DNA of 64,000 nucleotides from Perkinsus olseni (Eukaryota): NCBI GenBank assembly GCA_013115125.1, contig JABANN010000106.1, positions 1 to 64,000 of the forward strand, read 5' to 3'. Shown piece by piece: positions 62,781 to 64,000 of this stretch (position 1 is its first letter; each line of letters starts with the position of its first letter). The notes under the pieces were generated by a model. It saw only the letters and a program-made list of their open reading frames with translations, ran no database searches and was not told where the DNA came from. The position numbers and the translations under genes were made by a program.

Positions 62781-64000
62781 ATGGAGGAGGCAAGGGCCTT
62801 GCTGGACCAGCTCATGGGCCGAGACAGGAACGTCTCAGCGGCGGAGAAAGTGAAAATTGAAGAGAAGAAGATCAATTGGATGACGCAGACCCGATATTGC
62901 CCTTATTTCTTGGTGGATTTCTGGTACTACTAGAAGGGAGGGAGCGTAGGGTGGCAGTGGTGCAGAGGCTTCCAACTTGTCCTTCCAAATGCACTAAGTC
63001 AAAGCGCATCCGCGCGTCTCTGGCTTGCCAATGTCGTTGCTCATTAGGGGATCGACTGCGTAGCGCGGTTGTGTTCTATCGTTCACTACCAGTGGATCAC
63101 TAGTAGCTCGTTCACTCAATGGTAGAGCAAAGGTCTCTCATAGAGATGCTCTCGAGTCTGTTCATTCTCGCCTTGTACCGCCGGTTCTGTCCCTATTTTT
63201 CGGGTTGGATCATTCTCCTCCCTGCCTGTTACCTCGGTACTCACTAGCGTTATCCACGTTCTCGGAGCCTCAGGCTGTAGTCCGGGCTCATCCTCACTGT
63301 GTTCAGCCCCCATGATCTCTTCGTCAACACGAAAGCGGATATGGGTCCGTGCAACAAGGAGCACTGCGAGTACACCAAGTCCCGCTTTGAAAAGTGGGAG
63401 GACTGCGCGGAGAAAAGGGCTGTTGTCGACAAGTAAGGTCACCGACAGGTCGCTGACGCAGGTTACAGTTCGCTTTTTATCGGAATAGTTTCTTGTCTGC
63501 TCCCGTGACTTCGTTCCACGTTCGTGTGGTATGGTCGGCAAGACGGTGTGATCGCGAACGACTTCGGAATGGGCTTCATCCCAATCGTATTGCACTCACT
63601 ATTGCCTTTGACCGAGCGGACTTCTTCTCTGTTGGCTCCCTTCGAGGTACGTAGCCTTCACATTTCGATTCCCAGGACATCTTATTGGTGCCGTTTGACT
63701 AATCTTCGACTTCACCACGATACTTCGAAGCAATACGCTAGTTCTTTTCCCATTCACCTTCCCTTCAGGTACTCCCGTGAACTACTTAGCTTCCTGGAGT
63801 ATTTGGAGACACAATTAGCGCACAAGATAAGGAGAGGTAGTAAAGGCTCTGCGGACTTGTTCCGCGTGGCGTTAAGGTCGGCAAGGCCACCCCAAACAAA
63901 CAAAGGAAGAATACTCCCTCACGCAATTAAAACTACTCTCATACGATCTGAATGAGAATCCTTGTGAGCGTTAGCCGTAGCAGACTAATCTCAGTAGTCG
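62781..64000 (+). CDS. LUC7: LUC7-family U1 snRNP-associated splicing factor (3' part outside the window)
   Basis: MEEARALLDQLMGRDRN, CPYFLVDFC|PHDLFVNTKADMGPCNKEH, YSRELLSFLE. Confidence 0.9.

Overview
Gene-dense eukaryotic DNA with many short GT-AG (occasionally GC-AG) introns. The gene content (HPR/OPR-type repeat protein, paired SPRY/hnRNP-U-like genes) and intron style suggest an alveolate such as Perkinsus; this is inference. The first ~15.5 kb holds a GATC-rich tract, spliced hypothetical genes and decayed LTR-retroelement relics. Next is a ribosome-related block: RPL7 with an intronic H/ACA snoRNA and a second structured intronic RNA, two tRNA-Cys copies and an Arg pseudo-tRNA, three tandem U14 snoRNAs, and RPL18 with an intronic C/D snoRNA. 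The rest carries a small H1-like basic protein, a CCCH protein, an SDR, a Rab GTPase, a RING-H2 protein, an HPR/OPR protein, two tandem SPRY paralogues, a DSP-like gene, beta-COP, a cyclin Y-like gene and LUC7 (runs off the end). Two signals stand out. (1) Many short introns consist largely of tRNA-like sequence (variable loop + T-arm/B-box), often starting at the splice donor and in either orientation. (2) The 12-mer GCTTCGCTCCGC recurs exactly at least 10 times in exons, introns and intergenic DNA. Exon boundaries were read by eye and are approximate unless stated.
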